Below, in pieces: positions 19,195 through 28,744 of a DNA stretch of 64,000 nucleotides (position 1 is its first letter; every line of letters starts with the position of its first letter). Source of the DNA: Candidatus Latescibacterota bacterium (GTDB taxonomy: Bacteria; Latescibacterota; UBA2968); assembly GCA_965207885.1 (NCBI GenBank), contig OZ242311.1:3104001-3168000 (forward strand), given 5' to 3'. The notes under the pieces were generated by a model, which was not told the DNA's origin, ran no database searches, and saw only the letters and a program-made list of their open reading frames with translations. Made by a program: the position numbers and the translations under genes.

Positions 19195-20678
19195 AGCGCC
19201 TTCCGAAGTCGCGCAGAGCTAATATTGAGTTGATCTCGATATTTGGCTACTGTGCGCCGCGCGATATTAATGCCTTCTTCTCTTAGCATATCTGATATGT
19301 GTTGATCGCTCAACGGATTCTGTACGTCTTCATCATGAATGAGCATTGCAATTTTTTCTTTTACACTTCTGGCAGATATATCGTCATCATCGTATCGACT
19401 CAATCCTCCATCAAAAAAATATTTCAACTCATAAACGCCATGCGATGTTTGCACGTATTTGCCATTGCTCACACGGCTGATGGTCGAAATGTGCATCTGC
19501 ACCAGATCAGCTACTTCTTGAAGTACCATCGGTTTGAGAAAACCAGGACCTCGGTCAAAAAAATCAATCTGATTTTCGACAATACATCGCATGACCTTTA
19601 ACATGGTTGCGCGTCTTTGGTGAATCGCATTGATAAACCAGCGCGCAGAATTGAGTTTTTCAACGACAAATTTTTTGGTCTCTCGCAATTTTGGATCACC
19701 TCGCCCAGATTTGTCAGATTGTCTGAGCAAAGTGCGATAAACTGGACTGACACGCAATTCGGGCAGCGTGCGATCAGTCAGGGAAACGACGTATTCGTCA
19801 CCGATCTTTTGAACTTCGAGGTCGGGAATGACGTGATTGAGATTCAATGCGGGTTCCGATTCAATATTGGGTTTGGGATTGAGCGATGCGAGGACTTCTT
19901 CGACAACGCGCATATCATCCACGCTTGTATCGAGTGCCTGGCTGATCTGGCCAAACCGGCGTTTGATCCAATCGTCGAGGTGATTGCGTACCACCTTTGC
20001 AACCAAACCGTTTGTGATATTTTTTTCTTTTAACTGAATCAACAAACACTCTTGTAGATTTCGTGCACCAACACCTACTGGGTCAAGTGTCTGGATAATG
20101 CCCAAAATGCATTCTACGTTATCTTGGTTGACCCCAAGCTCATCAGCCACTTCTCCTGTCGAACATCCCAGAAATCCGTCTTCGTCAATATTGCAAATTA
20201 AATATTCGGCGATGATGCGATCACTCGGTGAAAGATCCGTAACTGCCACCTGTTCTAAAAGTGAATCTCGAAGTGTTTTTTGGGTGGTGCTGTCGTTGTG
20301 CCAGTCTTCATTGGATTCAAATTCTTCACGCGGGCTGGCATACCCGGATTCATTTAGGTAGTGGTCCCAGTCATGCTCATCGAATATGTCTGTATCGATT
20401 GTGTTTAAATCCGCTTCTTCAAACTCCAATTCCTCAACGGGTTCCTCATCCCGATCTTCATCCTCGGTTTCGTCGTCCTGTTCGAATTCAGGTTCTTCTT
20501 GTTCCAAATCCAGAGTAGCGTCTTCATCAATTTCCAGAAGCGGATTAATCTCCAATTCTTGTCGAATTAACTCCGCTAATTCCAGAGTTGGCATTTGGAG
20601 CAAGTGCAAAGATTGGATAAGTTGCGGCGCCAGTTTTTGCTGGAGCATCTGAGATTGTGTATGATCAAGACCAATCAT
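19191..20678 (-). CDS. rpoN: RNA polymerase sigma-54 factor
   Basis: Q/L-rich region I, acidic region II, DPVGVGAR, HISTISR and the RpoN box ARRTVAKYR. Confidence 0.98.
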   Translation of the reverse strand: MIGLDHTQSQMLQQKLAPQLIQSLHLLQMPTLELAELIRQELEINPLLEIDEDATLDLEQEEPEFEQDDETEDEDRDEEPVEELEFEEADLNTIDTDIFDEHDWDHYLNESGYASPREEFESNEDWHNDSTTQKTLRDSLLEQVAVTDLSPSDRIIAEYLICNIDEDGFLGCSTGEVADELGVNQDNVECILGIIQTLDPVGVGARNLQECLLIQLKEKNITNGLVAKVVRNHLDDWIKRRFGQISQALDTSVDDMRVVEEVLASLNPKPNIESEPALNLNHVIPDLEVQKIGDEYVVSLTDRTLPELRVSPVYRTLLRQSDKSGRGDPKLRETKKFVVEKLNSARWFINAIHQRRATMLKVMRCIVENQIDFFDRGPGFLKPMVLQEVADLVQMHISTISRVSNGKYVQTSHGVYELKYFFDGGLSRYDDDDISARSVKEKIAMLIHDEDVQNPLSDQHISDMLREEGINIARRTVAKYRDQLNISSARLRKAL

Positions 20679-21229
20679 AGTTTAACTTTCTTCACAGTGT
20701 CACCTATCCGTATTGCGCCAGAGCGAATGACCTTTGCATTTATTCCGCGCAACTGAAGCTGTTTTCCCACGGGAGAACTGATAAATTTCAGCGCGTCCAG
20801 CCCAAAACGCGCAGCAAATTTTTTACAGCCCGTGTGAGGTTGATCTGTCACCTCGATCACCGCTTCTCCCAGACTCAGTCTGGTACCCGGTGGCACATTC
20901 TCTGCACTTAAATCGAAATCCATATACAACTGATCCCCCGCCAGTGCCCAACGCTCCTTTTGCTGCGCCAACAGGGCAATCACGCGGGCGTTCATGATGT
21001 TAAGTTGCATGTCTGGATGGGCTGACCCGTCTGCCGTTTGAGAACTGCCGCGTGTTTTCCAGTTGTCGCCCACGAGTCCTTCAAACAGATCGAGTTCGCC
21101 CACTTCCAGGACCTCCCGCGCCTCAACCTGCGGTCGTCGCACAATCAATGCTAACACACCCGCATCTGTGGGCGACTGACGGATATTTTTTAATCCAGCT
21201 TCCAACTCTGCCATCGTTACATGTTTCAT
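20675..21229 (-). CDS. MOSC domain-containing protein
   Basis: GLVGD, AGDQL, GEAVIEVT..PHTGCKKF and RGINAKVIRSG motifs; GAGG RBS before ATG 21229. Confidence 0.88.
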   Translation of the reverse strand: MKHVTMAELEAGLKNIRQSPTDAGVLALIVRRPQVEAREVLEVGELDLFEGLVGDNWKTRGSSQTADGSAHPDMQLNIMNARVIALLAQQKERWALAGDQLYMDFDLSAENVPPGTRLSLGEAVIEVTDQPHTGCKKFAARFGLDALKFISSPVGKQLQLRGINAKVIRSGAIRIGDTVKKVKL

Positions 21230-21321
21230 TCTTGTCCTCATTGGTGTTCGATAAAGAGAAAAGGCAACTTTAAATAAAATAACAAATAACAAAGAGGATT
21301 GTAAACCCTTTTCCCAATTTG

Positions 21322-22047
21322 TCACGAATCGAGGCGAAACCGGTCACCCAGATAAATGCGACGCGCTTCGTCGCTTGCTGCCAATGCCTGGGATGTACCT
21401 GATAGGAGAATTTTCCCTTCGGAGAGCAAATAGGAGCGATCTGTAATCGCCAGAGTTTCTCGCACATTGTGATCAGTAATCAAAACGCCTATATTCAGAC
21501 GTTTCAGTTCGGCAATAATATTCTGAATATCTTCAACTGCACGCGGGTCCACGCCGGCAAAAGGCTCGTCAAGCAGCATAAAAAGCGGTTCTCGAGAGAG
21601 TGCCCGCGCGATTTCCAGTCGGCGTGTTTCGCCGCCCGACAAACTATCTGCGCGTTGGTGCGATAAATGTCCTACTCCCAGATCTTCCAATACCTTGTGG
21701 GCGCGATCTAACCGTTCTGCCTTACCTATTTTCTCGTATTCGAGCACGGACAGTACATTTTCCAACACGGACATCTTCCTAAAAACTGTAGATTCCTGTG
21801 CCAAATAACCAATGCCCAGGCGTGCGCGGCGATACATGGGCAATGCAGTGATGTCTCGGTCACCTAAAAAAATGTGTCCAGCATTTGACGAAATTGCGCC
21901 GACAATGAGGTAAAAACAGGTGGTTTTTCCCGCGCCATTAGGCCCTAATAGGCCGACAATTTCACCGGGATTGACAATTAAGTTGACCTGATTGACAACC
22001 AGGCGCCGTGCGTATTTTTTGACCAATCCCTCGGCTCTCAGGTTCAC
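21322..22047 (-). CDS. lptB: LPS export ABC ATPase LptB
   Basis: GPNGAGKTT, RRARLGIGYL, LSGGETRRLEIA, DEPFAGVDP and TDHNVRETL motifs. Confidence 0.97.
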   Translation of the reverse strand: MNLRAEGLVKKYARRLVVNQVNLIVNPGEIVGLLGPNGAGKTTCFYLIVGAISSNAGHIFLGDRDITALPMYRRARLGIGYLAQESTVFRKMSVLENVLSVLEYEKIGKAERLDRAHKVLEDLGVGHLSHQRADSLSGGETRRLEIARALSREPLFMLLDEPFAGVDPRAVEDIQNIIAELKRLNIGVLITDHNVRETLAITDRSYLLSEGKILLSGTSQALAASDEARRIYLGDRFRLDS

Positions 22048-23357
22048 GGCGCATCCTCCAACTCAGCGGTATAGTGCCCTCGCACAGCCCCTTCAGCTCG
22101 GATAGATGACAACTGACCGGGAGTAAATTTCAAAAGGAGATAATCCCCAGAAACCGTCACATCATCGTTATCTTTCGTAATCCGCGTGCAATATGCTTCA
22201 TCGGAAATCGCCATCTGGGCTAACTCGCCGTTGGAAAACCACAATACAAATTTTTTGCCCCTCAGGCGGCTTTCCGATAGGCTGTCCTGGGCAATATAAG
22301 AACCGATACAGTCACCAGACAGCGTCAAACTATCCAATTTCCCATCTCTATAGGCCACTTTGAGGTCGTCGCCAGACAGCACTGCCCGCGACGTATCCCG
22401 CTCGCTCAGATTGAGTATCACATTTCCCCAGGCGTGCATGCGCTGTGGAGTCTCGTCACGAAAGACAATCCGAGCAGAATCTGAGCGTATTTTTTGTGCA
22501 TGACCATTGGCAAGAGCCATAGCATGGATGCGTGTGCTATCTGAAAGCACCATCGCATTGATGATCTGATCAGACACATCCATAAGAATTTTTGTGCCCT
22601 GTGCCGAAACGGAATCGCGCCTGCCGGGATTGGTCCAGGTCATCAATGGCCTCCCAGAAAGGACGATTGCAGAATCCGCATACGCGCCAGACCTGGCTTT
22701 GCCGCGCGTGTGTCCCTGACGCAAGATGAGGTTGCCATTGAGCAAGAGTTCTCGCCCGCGATTGACTAATGCAATGGAATCGGACTGCGCCTCGATGGTA
22801 TCGCCGTTTTCCCCTGCTATCTGTAACTGTGTCTGGCCCTGCAGATTTCCGCGCTCGCGGATCAAATCGTAGCGCAATTGGGAAGCGCGAAGTCTTCGGC
22901 CTTCGGGCAACAAAAGGATGACATCACCCTCGGCAATAAGCGAGTCCTCTTTGCTTAAAAACTGCACGATATGCGCTTCAAGCGTGCGCTGATCATCGCT
23001 TAGAAATACGTGTCCCCGAAATGTCGCGCGGTCTTCGCGGTCTTGAAATACTAGTGTATCAGCGCGAATTTCCCTCACAGTGTCTTTATAACTCACTTGA
23101 TGTACAAAAAGATAAATCGCATCTCCAACGCGTACATGTGCAGAATCGGCTTTTACAGTGAGTTGGCGCAAGCTGTCTTCATACACCACGCTCCCGCGGT
23201 AATTGCGCTGCGTCTGGTCGTTCAAGAGCAGCGTTTTCACCCAATCTGCACTGAGCTTCTGCTCGGCATTTACTCCCGAGCAGGTACATATAAGCAAAAC
23301 TCCGAGAAAGCCCCGGAGTTCTGATCGCAAAATAAAATAATGTCTGATATTTTTCAC
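22044..23357 (-). CDS. LptA/OstA-like beta-jellyroll repeat protein
   Basis: Repeated I.AD...G.V beta-taco motifs; sits between lptC and lptB; GTG at 23357 overlaps the lptC stop. Confidence 0.8.
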   Translation of the reverse strand: MKNIRHYFILRSELRGFLGVLLICTCSGVNAEQKLSADWVKTLLLNDQTQRNYRGSVVYEDSLRQLTVKADSAHVRVGDAIYLFVHQVSYKDTVREIRADTLVFQDREDRATFRGHVFLSDDQRTLEAHIVQFLSKEDSLIAEGDVILLLPEGRRLRASQLRYDLIRERGNLQGQTQLQIAGENGDTIEAQSDSIALVNRGRELLLNGNLILRQGHTRGKARSGAYADSAIVLSGRPLMTWTNPGRRDSVSAQGTKILMDVSDQIINAMVLSDSTRIHAMALANGHAQKIRSDSARIVFRDETPQRMHAWGNVILNLSERDTSRAVLSGDDLKVAYRDGKLDSLTLSGDCIGSYIAQDSLSESRLRGKKFVLWFSNGELAQMAISDEAYCTRITKDNDDVTVSGDYLLLKFTPGQLSSIRAEGAVRGHYTAELEDAP

Positions 23358-23917
23358 GGCTTTTTGCGTCTCATCTGCGTATTTACAAACAAAAGCGTCC
23401 ACTGTTTCAGGTCTGACGAGGCATTAAAACCCACTCCGGTCTCCGTGCCATCGGGCCGAGAAATCATCACATAGCCCTCGCCCATAATGCGATCCTCATC
23501 GCGCTGCCAGCGCAGCGAATCCGTTTGCAACTGCGTGCGGTCTCGTGCCACGACAACGACATCCCCAAATACTTTCATATCGTCGCCCGATGCGTTAATT
23601 TCGCCCCTTTCAGCACTCAGCGTGGAAACTGTATCGCCCTGGGAATTAAAAAATACAACCCGAACCCCATCGGAAAAGCGGGCGGGTTCATTTTCCGACA
23701 CCTGTTGAAAAGAGCCAGCCTGAACCTGTGCTCGGGATTTGCCACGATCTGTAATCCGCGTGGACCAATGCCACATTTCTCGGTTAACCAGTGTTTCTTC
23801 CACTGCTTGCTCTACCCGATCAGCAGGAGCGCAGGCGCACAGGGTAAACAACAGAACCTCAGACGCTTTTTTTAGAAACCGATGTATCACCAACTCGTTC
23901 CTTTGTATGAGCGACAA
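23354..23917 (-). CDS. lptC: LPS export periplasmic protein LptC (start uncertain)
   Basis: GVRVVFFN..G...STLSAERG, GDVVV, LQTDSLRW and G.GF motifs; operon position. Confidence 0.85.
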   Translation of the reverse strand: MSLIQRNELVIHRFLKKASEVLLFTLCACAPADRVEQAVEETLVNREMWHWSTRITDRGKSRAQVQAGSFQQVSENEPARFSDGVRVVFFNSQGDTVSTLSAERGEINASGDDMKVFGDVVVVARDRTQLQTDSLRWQRDEDRIMGEGYVMISRPDGTETGVGFNASSDLKQWTLLFVNTQMRRKKP

Positions 23918-25640
23918 CAGATTCTACAAAACCGTAAAACAAAGGGGCGGGCTGTTCGAGGCGCGACTTAAATTCGGGATGGGCTTGCGTAGCCACAAAA
24001 AATGGATGATCGGGTAACTCTATAAATTCCATGAGTTTGGTGCCGTCCTCTCGCCGGTGATACCCGGAAAAAATCAGGCCAAATTCATCGAGCAAATCGA
24101 CGAACTTGGGCGATACTTCATAGCGATGGCGATGGCGTTCAATCGCGCAGCACTCGCTTTCGAGAAGAACACCCAGGCGAAAAGCCTCAGCCGGATTCTT
24201 TCTCAGTTGATCGATGCGCCAGGCGTCTTCTTCCAGGCGCCCCGTGCGCTCATACAGATCGAGTACGACACTATCTCGGCGGAGTACAGCTACATATCCC
24301 CCCAGACGCATCGTGCCGCCAAAACGACTTTCTTCAATAATTTCCCGCTGGCTCATCTGAATGTCGATCACGGCATGGGGCGTGTCGGGATCATTTTCAG
24401 CCGAATTGGCATCTTCCAAGCCTACGACGTTTCGCGCATATTCAACAATGGCCATCTGAAGTCCATAACACAGCCCGAGAAATGGCAGGCCATTTTCACG
24501 CGCATAGCGAATGGCCTCAATCACGCCTTCGGCCCCCCCTTCACCAAAGGCTCCCGGGACAATAATGCCATCAAATTCTCCAAGCACATCTACGACCCCT
24601 CCCATTTCGAGGCTGGCCGAATCAATCCAGGAAATATCGATGCGCGTGTCTAAATTGGCACCGGCGTGTTCGAGAGATTGGTTCACTGAAATGTACGAAT
24701 CTGTAAATTCGTAATCGCCAATCTCGACGTATTTTCCAACCATCGCCACTTTAACTGTCTGTGAAGGCTGACGAATCTTCTGCACCAAATGCGTCCACCG
24801 CGTCCAATCGGGTTCTTTTTTGGGTTCCAGCCCCAGGTGAGCGAGCATTTTAACACCTACCTGCTCACTTTCATAGTGGATCGGAACCTGATACACAATA
24901 TCCAAATCTGGCGCGGAAATAATGCGATCTTTTGGGATATTGGCAGAAACCTCAATTTTGCGTTTTCGCACCTCATCAACCGGTCGCGTGGCGCGGCAAA
25001 TAATAAAGTCGGGTACCATGCCATGCCCGCTGAGTAGTTTGACTGCGTGTTGCGTGGGTTTGGTCTTCATCTCGTTGATATGATCGGGCACGGGCAAATA
25101 GCTAACCAGCACATACATAATATTGGCCTCGCCAATTTCCCGCTCCAGGCCCTTCATTGCAAAGAAAAATGGGATATTTTCATCGTCTCCAATGGTGCCG
25201 CCAATTTCGACCAGCGCGATATCAGACCCCTGTGCGGCCTGCTGAACTCGATCTTTGATCTCGTCAGTAATATGTGGGATCGGCTGAACGGTCTGTCCGA
25301 GATATTCGCCCCGCCGTTCACGCTCGATAACCGCGTGGTAAATTTGTCCGGTTGTAAGATTGTTTGTGCGGGGTAAATCCAGGCCGAGAAACCGCTCGTA
25401 GTTTCCCAAATCGAGATCGATCTCGCCCCCGTCATCCGTGACCCACACCTCGCCGTGTTCCGTGGGCCTGAGTGTTCCGGCATCGTAATTCAAATAGGGA
25501 TCAATTTTTATAGCCGTGGTTTTATAGCCGTAATACTGCAAAATTTTACCGATAGAAGCCGTGGCGAGTCCTTTCCCTACGCCACTGATCACCCCCCCGG
25601 CAACCACGATGTATTTTGGCTCGCGATCATGTTTTTTCAC
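23859..25640 (-). CDS. pyrG: CTP synthase
   Basis: GGVISGVGKG, KIDPYLN, DLDLGNYERF, KTKPTQH, GLCYGLQ, ERHRHRYE and QAHPEF motifs; GGAGG RBS before GTG 25640. Confidence 0.98.
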   Translation of the reverse strand: MKKHDREPKYIVVAGGVISGVGKGLATASIGKILQYYGYKTTAIKIDPYLNYDAGTLRPTEHGEVWVTDDGGEIDLDLGNYERFLGLDLPRTNNLTTGQIYHAVIERERRGEYLGQTVQPIPHITDEIKDRVQQAAQGSDIALVEIGGTIGDDENIPFFFAMKGLEREIGEANIMYVLVSYLPVPDHINEMKTKPTQHAVKLLSGHGMVPDFIICRATRPVDEVRKRKIEVSANIPKDRIISAPDLDIVYQVPIHYESEQVGVKMLAHLGLEPKKEPDWTRWTHLVQKIRQPSQTVKVAMVGKYVEIGDYEFTDSYISVNQSLEHAGANLDTRIDISWIDSASLEMGGVVDVLGEFDGIIVPGAFGEGGAEGVIEAIRYARENGLPFLGLCYGLQMAIVEYARNVVGLEDANSAENDPDTPHAVIDIQMSQREIIEESRFGGTMRLGGYVAVLRRDSVVLDLYERTGRLEEDAWRIDQLRKNPAEAFRLGVLLESECCAIERHRHRYEVSPKFVDLLDEFGLIFSGYHRREDGTKLMEFIELPDHPFFVATQAHPEFKSRLEQPAPLFYGFVESVVAHTKERVGDTSVSKKSV

Positions 25641-25664
25641 AATGTGCCTCCATCTGTGTTCGAC

Positions 25665-25694
25665 AAAAGAAAATCGGCGGGAGTTTACCGCCGA
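25665..25694 (-). terminator. intrinsic terminator-like hairpin between gatC and pyrG
   Basis: TCGGCGG-taaactc-CCGCCGA followed by TTTTCTTTT. Confidence 0.7.
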
Positions 25695-25703
25695 CACCTG
25701 TGC

Positions 25704-25988
25704 TTATTCAATTACTCTGGGGACGCGGAAGTGACCATGCCCAGAAAGCGGGGCATTCGCCAGCGCATCTGACCGATCCAATGAACGTCCCATTACATCG
25801 TCCCGAAACGCATTTTCCAGGGGGAGTACATGCGCTGTTGGGGGGACCTCTGTTGTATTGAGTTGATCAAGTGCCGCAACATATTCGAGCATGCGGTTCA
25901 GATCTTCGATTAGTTGCGCCTCTTCTTCCGGCGCGAAATCCAGGCGCGCAAGTTGCGCCACTTTTCGTACATCATCTTTTGAAACCAT
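25704..25988 (-). CDS. gatC: Asp/Glu-tRNA amidotransferase subunit C
   Basis: VRKVAQLARL...VPPTAH...FRDD...LANAP...FRVPRVIE. Confidence 0.95.
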   Translation of the reverse strand: MVSKDDVRKVAQLARLDFAPEEEAQLIEDLNRMLEYVAALDQLNTTEVPPTAHVLPLENAFRDDVMGRSLDRSDALANAPLSGHGHFRVPRVIE

Positions 25989-26183
25989 AATTTCTAGCTT
26001 TCAGCGATTAACGGTCAGCGGTTTAGGGATTAGTGTTTAGCAGTTGCCCCCCACAGGGGATTATGTAAAAAACTCAATGCGTCATTCTAACCGCGTAACC
26101 ATAACGTAGTAATACAGTTACATATTGCGATACAGTGATTTCCTTAGAGATAGCGGTCTGTCTCAAGCCTTTGACCCATTACA

Positions 26184-26212
26184 ATTCTCTATATAAAATT
26201 GTAATTTGTCAA
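26184..26212 (-). promoter_or_regulatory. possible sigma70 promoter upstream of gatC
   Basis: TTGACA-N17-GAGAAT. Confidence 0.4.
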
Positions 26213-26227
26213 CAATAAGGTCGAAGT

Positions 26228-28207
26228 TCAGGCGGCTTCCGCATCTACTCCCAGTATCTCGGCGTTGACGTAAGCGCGGAAAGTATCCTTTGTCGGAAAG
26301 CAACGATACCCCGCCGCGCTAGCGATGGACAGGACTTCATTTGGTTCGTTCAACAGAACCGCCACTGGAATAGTCAAGCCAGGCTGAAGACCATCGGGCC
26401 AGGCGAGATCAAGCACGGCACGTTGCTCGCCTGTGGTCTCATCAGACAGCTCGAAGTTGATCTGACCGCGCGGTAGTCCTTGTGCTTCTAACCAATTGTT
26501 GATGGCTTCAACCTCAAGTTCTTCCTCCTCAGTGGCAATACCGCCAGTAGGCACCGGAATAATAGTAGCAGTGTCAGCTGTAACCGAAGGGGTTGTAATT
26601 GCGGCTGGTGAAGCGTCCAGAAAGTTGGTCTCGCCGTGTAGAAGTTCTGCAAACCGATAGTTTGCCTCTTTTGCCAAAAGCTTCTTTCGCGTCTCGAGGA
26701 AGTCAAAGTAGTTCTCGATCTCCCAGAGGTTGTGATCGTCAGGAATCCATTGTGATGTCAATGCGCCTGGATACCGATCCTCAACCTCGGCGAAGTAATC
26801 TTCAGGTAGGCGGTCAAGGATGGAGAAATTTGTGTCCTTCGTCAAGAAGCAGTAGTTGGCTAGTGCGTTGACGTCTTGTCGGCGGTGTCCGAGCTTGTAC
26901 AGCCGAGCCTTAGGGAAGATGTGATGCACTTCAAGCTGGTTCATTTTGCCGAGAAGGTTTTCGCGCAGCGGCAGCCCATCGCCCCAGTCCTTGGCCTCGG
27001 CCATGCGGGTCAACATGTAGAGCACGGGATAAAATCGTGCACCAAGACTCCAGCCAGTGAAGTGTCCTGGTTCGATGCGAAGTCCACCATTCCACAAACG
27101 CAGTTCCTCAAGCAACTTGTCAAGGTTACCTTCTGCAAGTGTCGCCAGATCTTGATCAATAGCACTTTCCGTCGACCCGGAGAAACGGCCCCACATTCCG
27201 GCTTGGGCATACCAGAACAGCAACTTATCGCGCTCTTCCGCGCTGATCTTCCCTTGTTTCTGATCCAAATAACGTACCATGACTGGTATGGCGAAGCGTC
27301 CAAAAAAGACTCGATCATGGTCAAGACCAAGTCGCCCTGCAATCATGTTCAGACAGGTATTGATATGTTTTGTGGCCCGTTTCAGACCGTCTTGGATATC
27401 CAGTACGCCCCTATCATACAGGTGGTTAAACCTCGCTTCGCCGGTTAGGACCGTGTTGACTGAACGGAGTAGCCAGTCGAGCGTAAAATCGTATCCGGCA
27501 TTCTTCCATTCCTGTAGGGTGGCTTTCATAGTGTCGCGTGCCTCAGGCCATTCCGCGCAAATTTTAGCGAGGGCCAGATCGCCCTTAGACAGCTTCGTCC
27601 CACCGCTATTCACGCGATTGAATATATCCACGACGACATCGGGGGTTTTGTCTGTTCCAGTGACCTCGTCGATATGCAACTCAATCTCAGCAATACCAAG
27701 AAGCATTCCCAATCGACCGATGTAGTCTCCGACCTTTTCCGCATATTCATTGTTCGTGCTGAGCGTCGTTATGAATCCTCCAAGGCCGTCATTGCCTGCC
27801 TGCATGAGCTTGGTTACATCCACCCATAGCGGGTCGCCCTTCATTTTTACCGGTTGATAGAACTCAAAGGTCTCATCCTCCAGATGAAATTGAAGTCCCG
27901 TAAAACTCTGCTCATTGCCATCGAAGAAAGCCGGTGGATGGCCACGCATCACGCCATAAAGCGAAGTCATACGTTGCTGCCCATCGAGAAGCAACTTCAC
28001 GATGCCCGGTGCTAGTGAGCTGTCGCCCCGATGCGCGGCATCCTTTCCTTCGGTCGCCCAAACCAACAGCCCGCCCACCGGATGTCGCCTGTAAAGGGAG
28101 TAAAAGAGCCCACGCACCTGTTCGCGGTTCCAGACGTATCCTCGCTGAAATTCGGGCAAGGCCATGTGACCGGAGTCAATGTGATCAAGGATGGTAGAGA
28201 TTTTCAT
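26228..28207 (-). CDS. DUF262 / HNH GmrSD-like (type IV restriction-like) protein with an extra C-terminal domain
   Basis: PEFQRGYVW, LLDGQQRMTSL and IFNRVNSGG (DUF262); EVHHIFP...NALAN...N (HNH/DUF1524-like); C-terminal ELSD...DLAWP...GYRCF. Confidence 0.88.
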   Translation of the reverse strand: MKISTILDHIDSGHMALPEFQRGYVWNREQVRGLFYSLYRRHPVGGLLVWATEGKDAAHRGDSSLAPGIVKLLLDGQQRMTSLYGVMRGHPPAFFDGNEQSFTGLQFHLEDETFEFYQPVKMKGDPLWVDVTKLMQAGNDGLGGFITTLSTNNEYAEKVGDYIGRLGMLLGIAEIELHIDEVTGTDKTPDVVVDIFNRVNSGGTKLSKGDLALAKICAEWPEARDTMKATLQEWKNAGYDFTLDWLLRSVNTVLTGEARFNHLYDRGVLDIQDGLKRATKHINTCLNMIAGRLGLDHDRVFFGRFAIPVMVRYLDQKQGKISAEERDKLLFWYAQAGMWGRFSGSTESAIDQDLATLAEGNLDKLLEELRLWNGGLRIEPGHFTGWSLGARFYPVLYMLTRMAEAKDWGDGLPLRENLLGKMNQLEVHHIFPKARLYKLGHRRQDVNALANYCFLTKDTNFSILDRLPEDYFAEVEDRYPGALTSQWIPDDHNLWEIENYFDFLETRKKLLAKEANYRFAELLHGETNFLDASPAAITTPSVTADTATIIPVPTGGIATEEEELEVEAINNWLEAQGLPRGQINFELSDETTGEQRAVLDLAWPDGLQPGLTIPVAVLLNEPNEVLSIASAAGYRCFPTKDTFRAYVNAEILGVDAEAA

Positions 28208-28264
28208 GTCATACTTCCTCAAGAGCAGGTTAAAAATAGAAAGATATACGGAAATTAAGTAGTT

Positions 28265-28732
28265 TTAACCAGATTTTTGATCGATATAGGCAAACTTAAG
28301 CCACACATTATTGAGGTGTTCAAAGTCTTTATCTGTTGACAGCAGCACAGCATCGCTGACATGTGCTGTGGCCGCAATCCATATATCGTTCTGCTTCATT
28401 GGGATAGCTGGTTTAGGTGGCGGAGTGCTATCGGGAGACGTGACGGAAGTCCCATGTGTCCATGCGTCAATCTGCGCGTAGGCTTCCAAAATAGATTCAT
28501 TATTAATGTCGATTACTGGCATTGTCGCCATAACTTCCTGGAGTTGGGTTCGTCTATCTCTGCCCCAGCCGAACTTTTCAGCGAGTGATAGCAACTCGCC
28601 GTGACATACAATGGACGTAAAGACCATCGTTTTCGGATCTTCAAGACTGTGTACCGTTCGCGCTCGGAGTGCCCAGGGAGCTGATCGACAAAATCCCAAT
28701 AACAAACCGGTATCCAGTAAGAAGTTGCTCAT
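28265..28732 (-). CDS. PIN-domain (VapC-like) ribonuclease
   Basis: FLLDT, GEL, NDIWIAATA and LLSTDKDF provide the acidic PIN catalytic residues. Confidence 0.93.
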   Translation of the reverse strand: MSNFLLDTGLLLGFCRSAPWALRARTVHSLEDPKTMVFTSIVCHGELLSLAEKFGWGRDRRTQLQEVMATMPVIDINNESILEAYAQIDAWTHGTSVTSPDSTPPPKPAIPMKQNDIWIAATAHVSDAVLLSTDKDFEHLNNVWLKFAYIDQKSG

Positions 28733-28744
28733 GATATTCAGGGC

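Noticed and set aside
10628-21229. Functional link between fdhD and the MOSC gene (both Moco/sulfur related)
   Set aside because: They are 9 kb apart in separate transcription units and no molybdoenzyme genes lie nearby.
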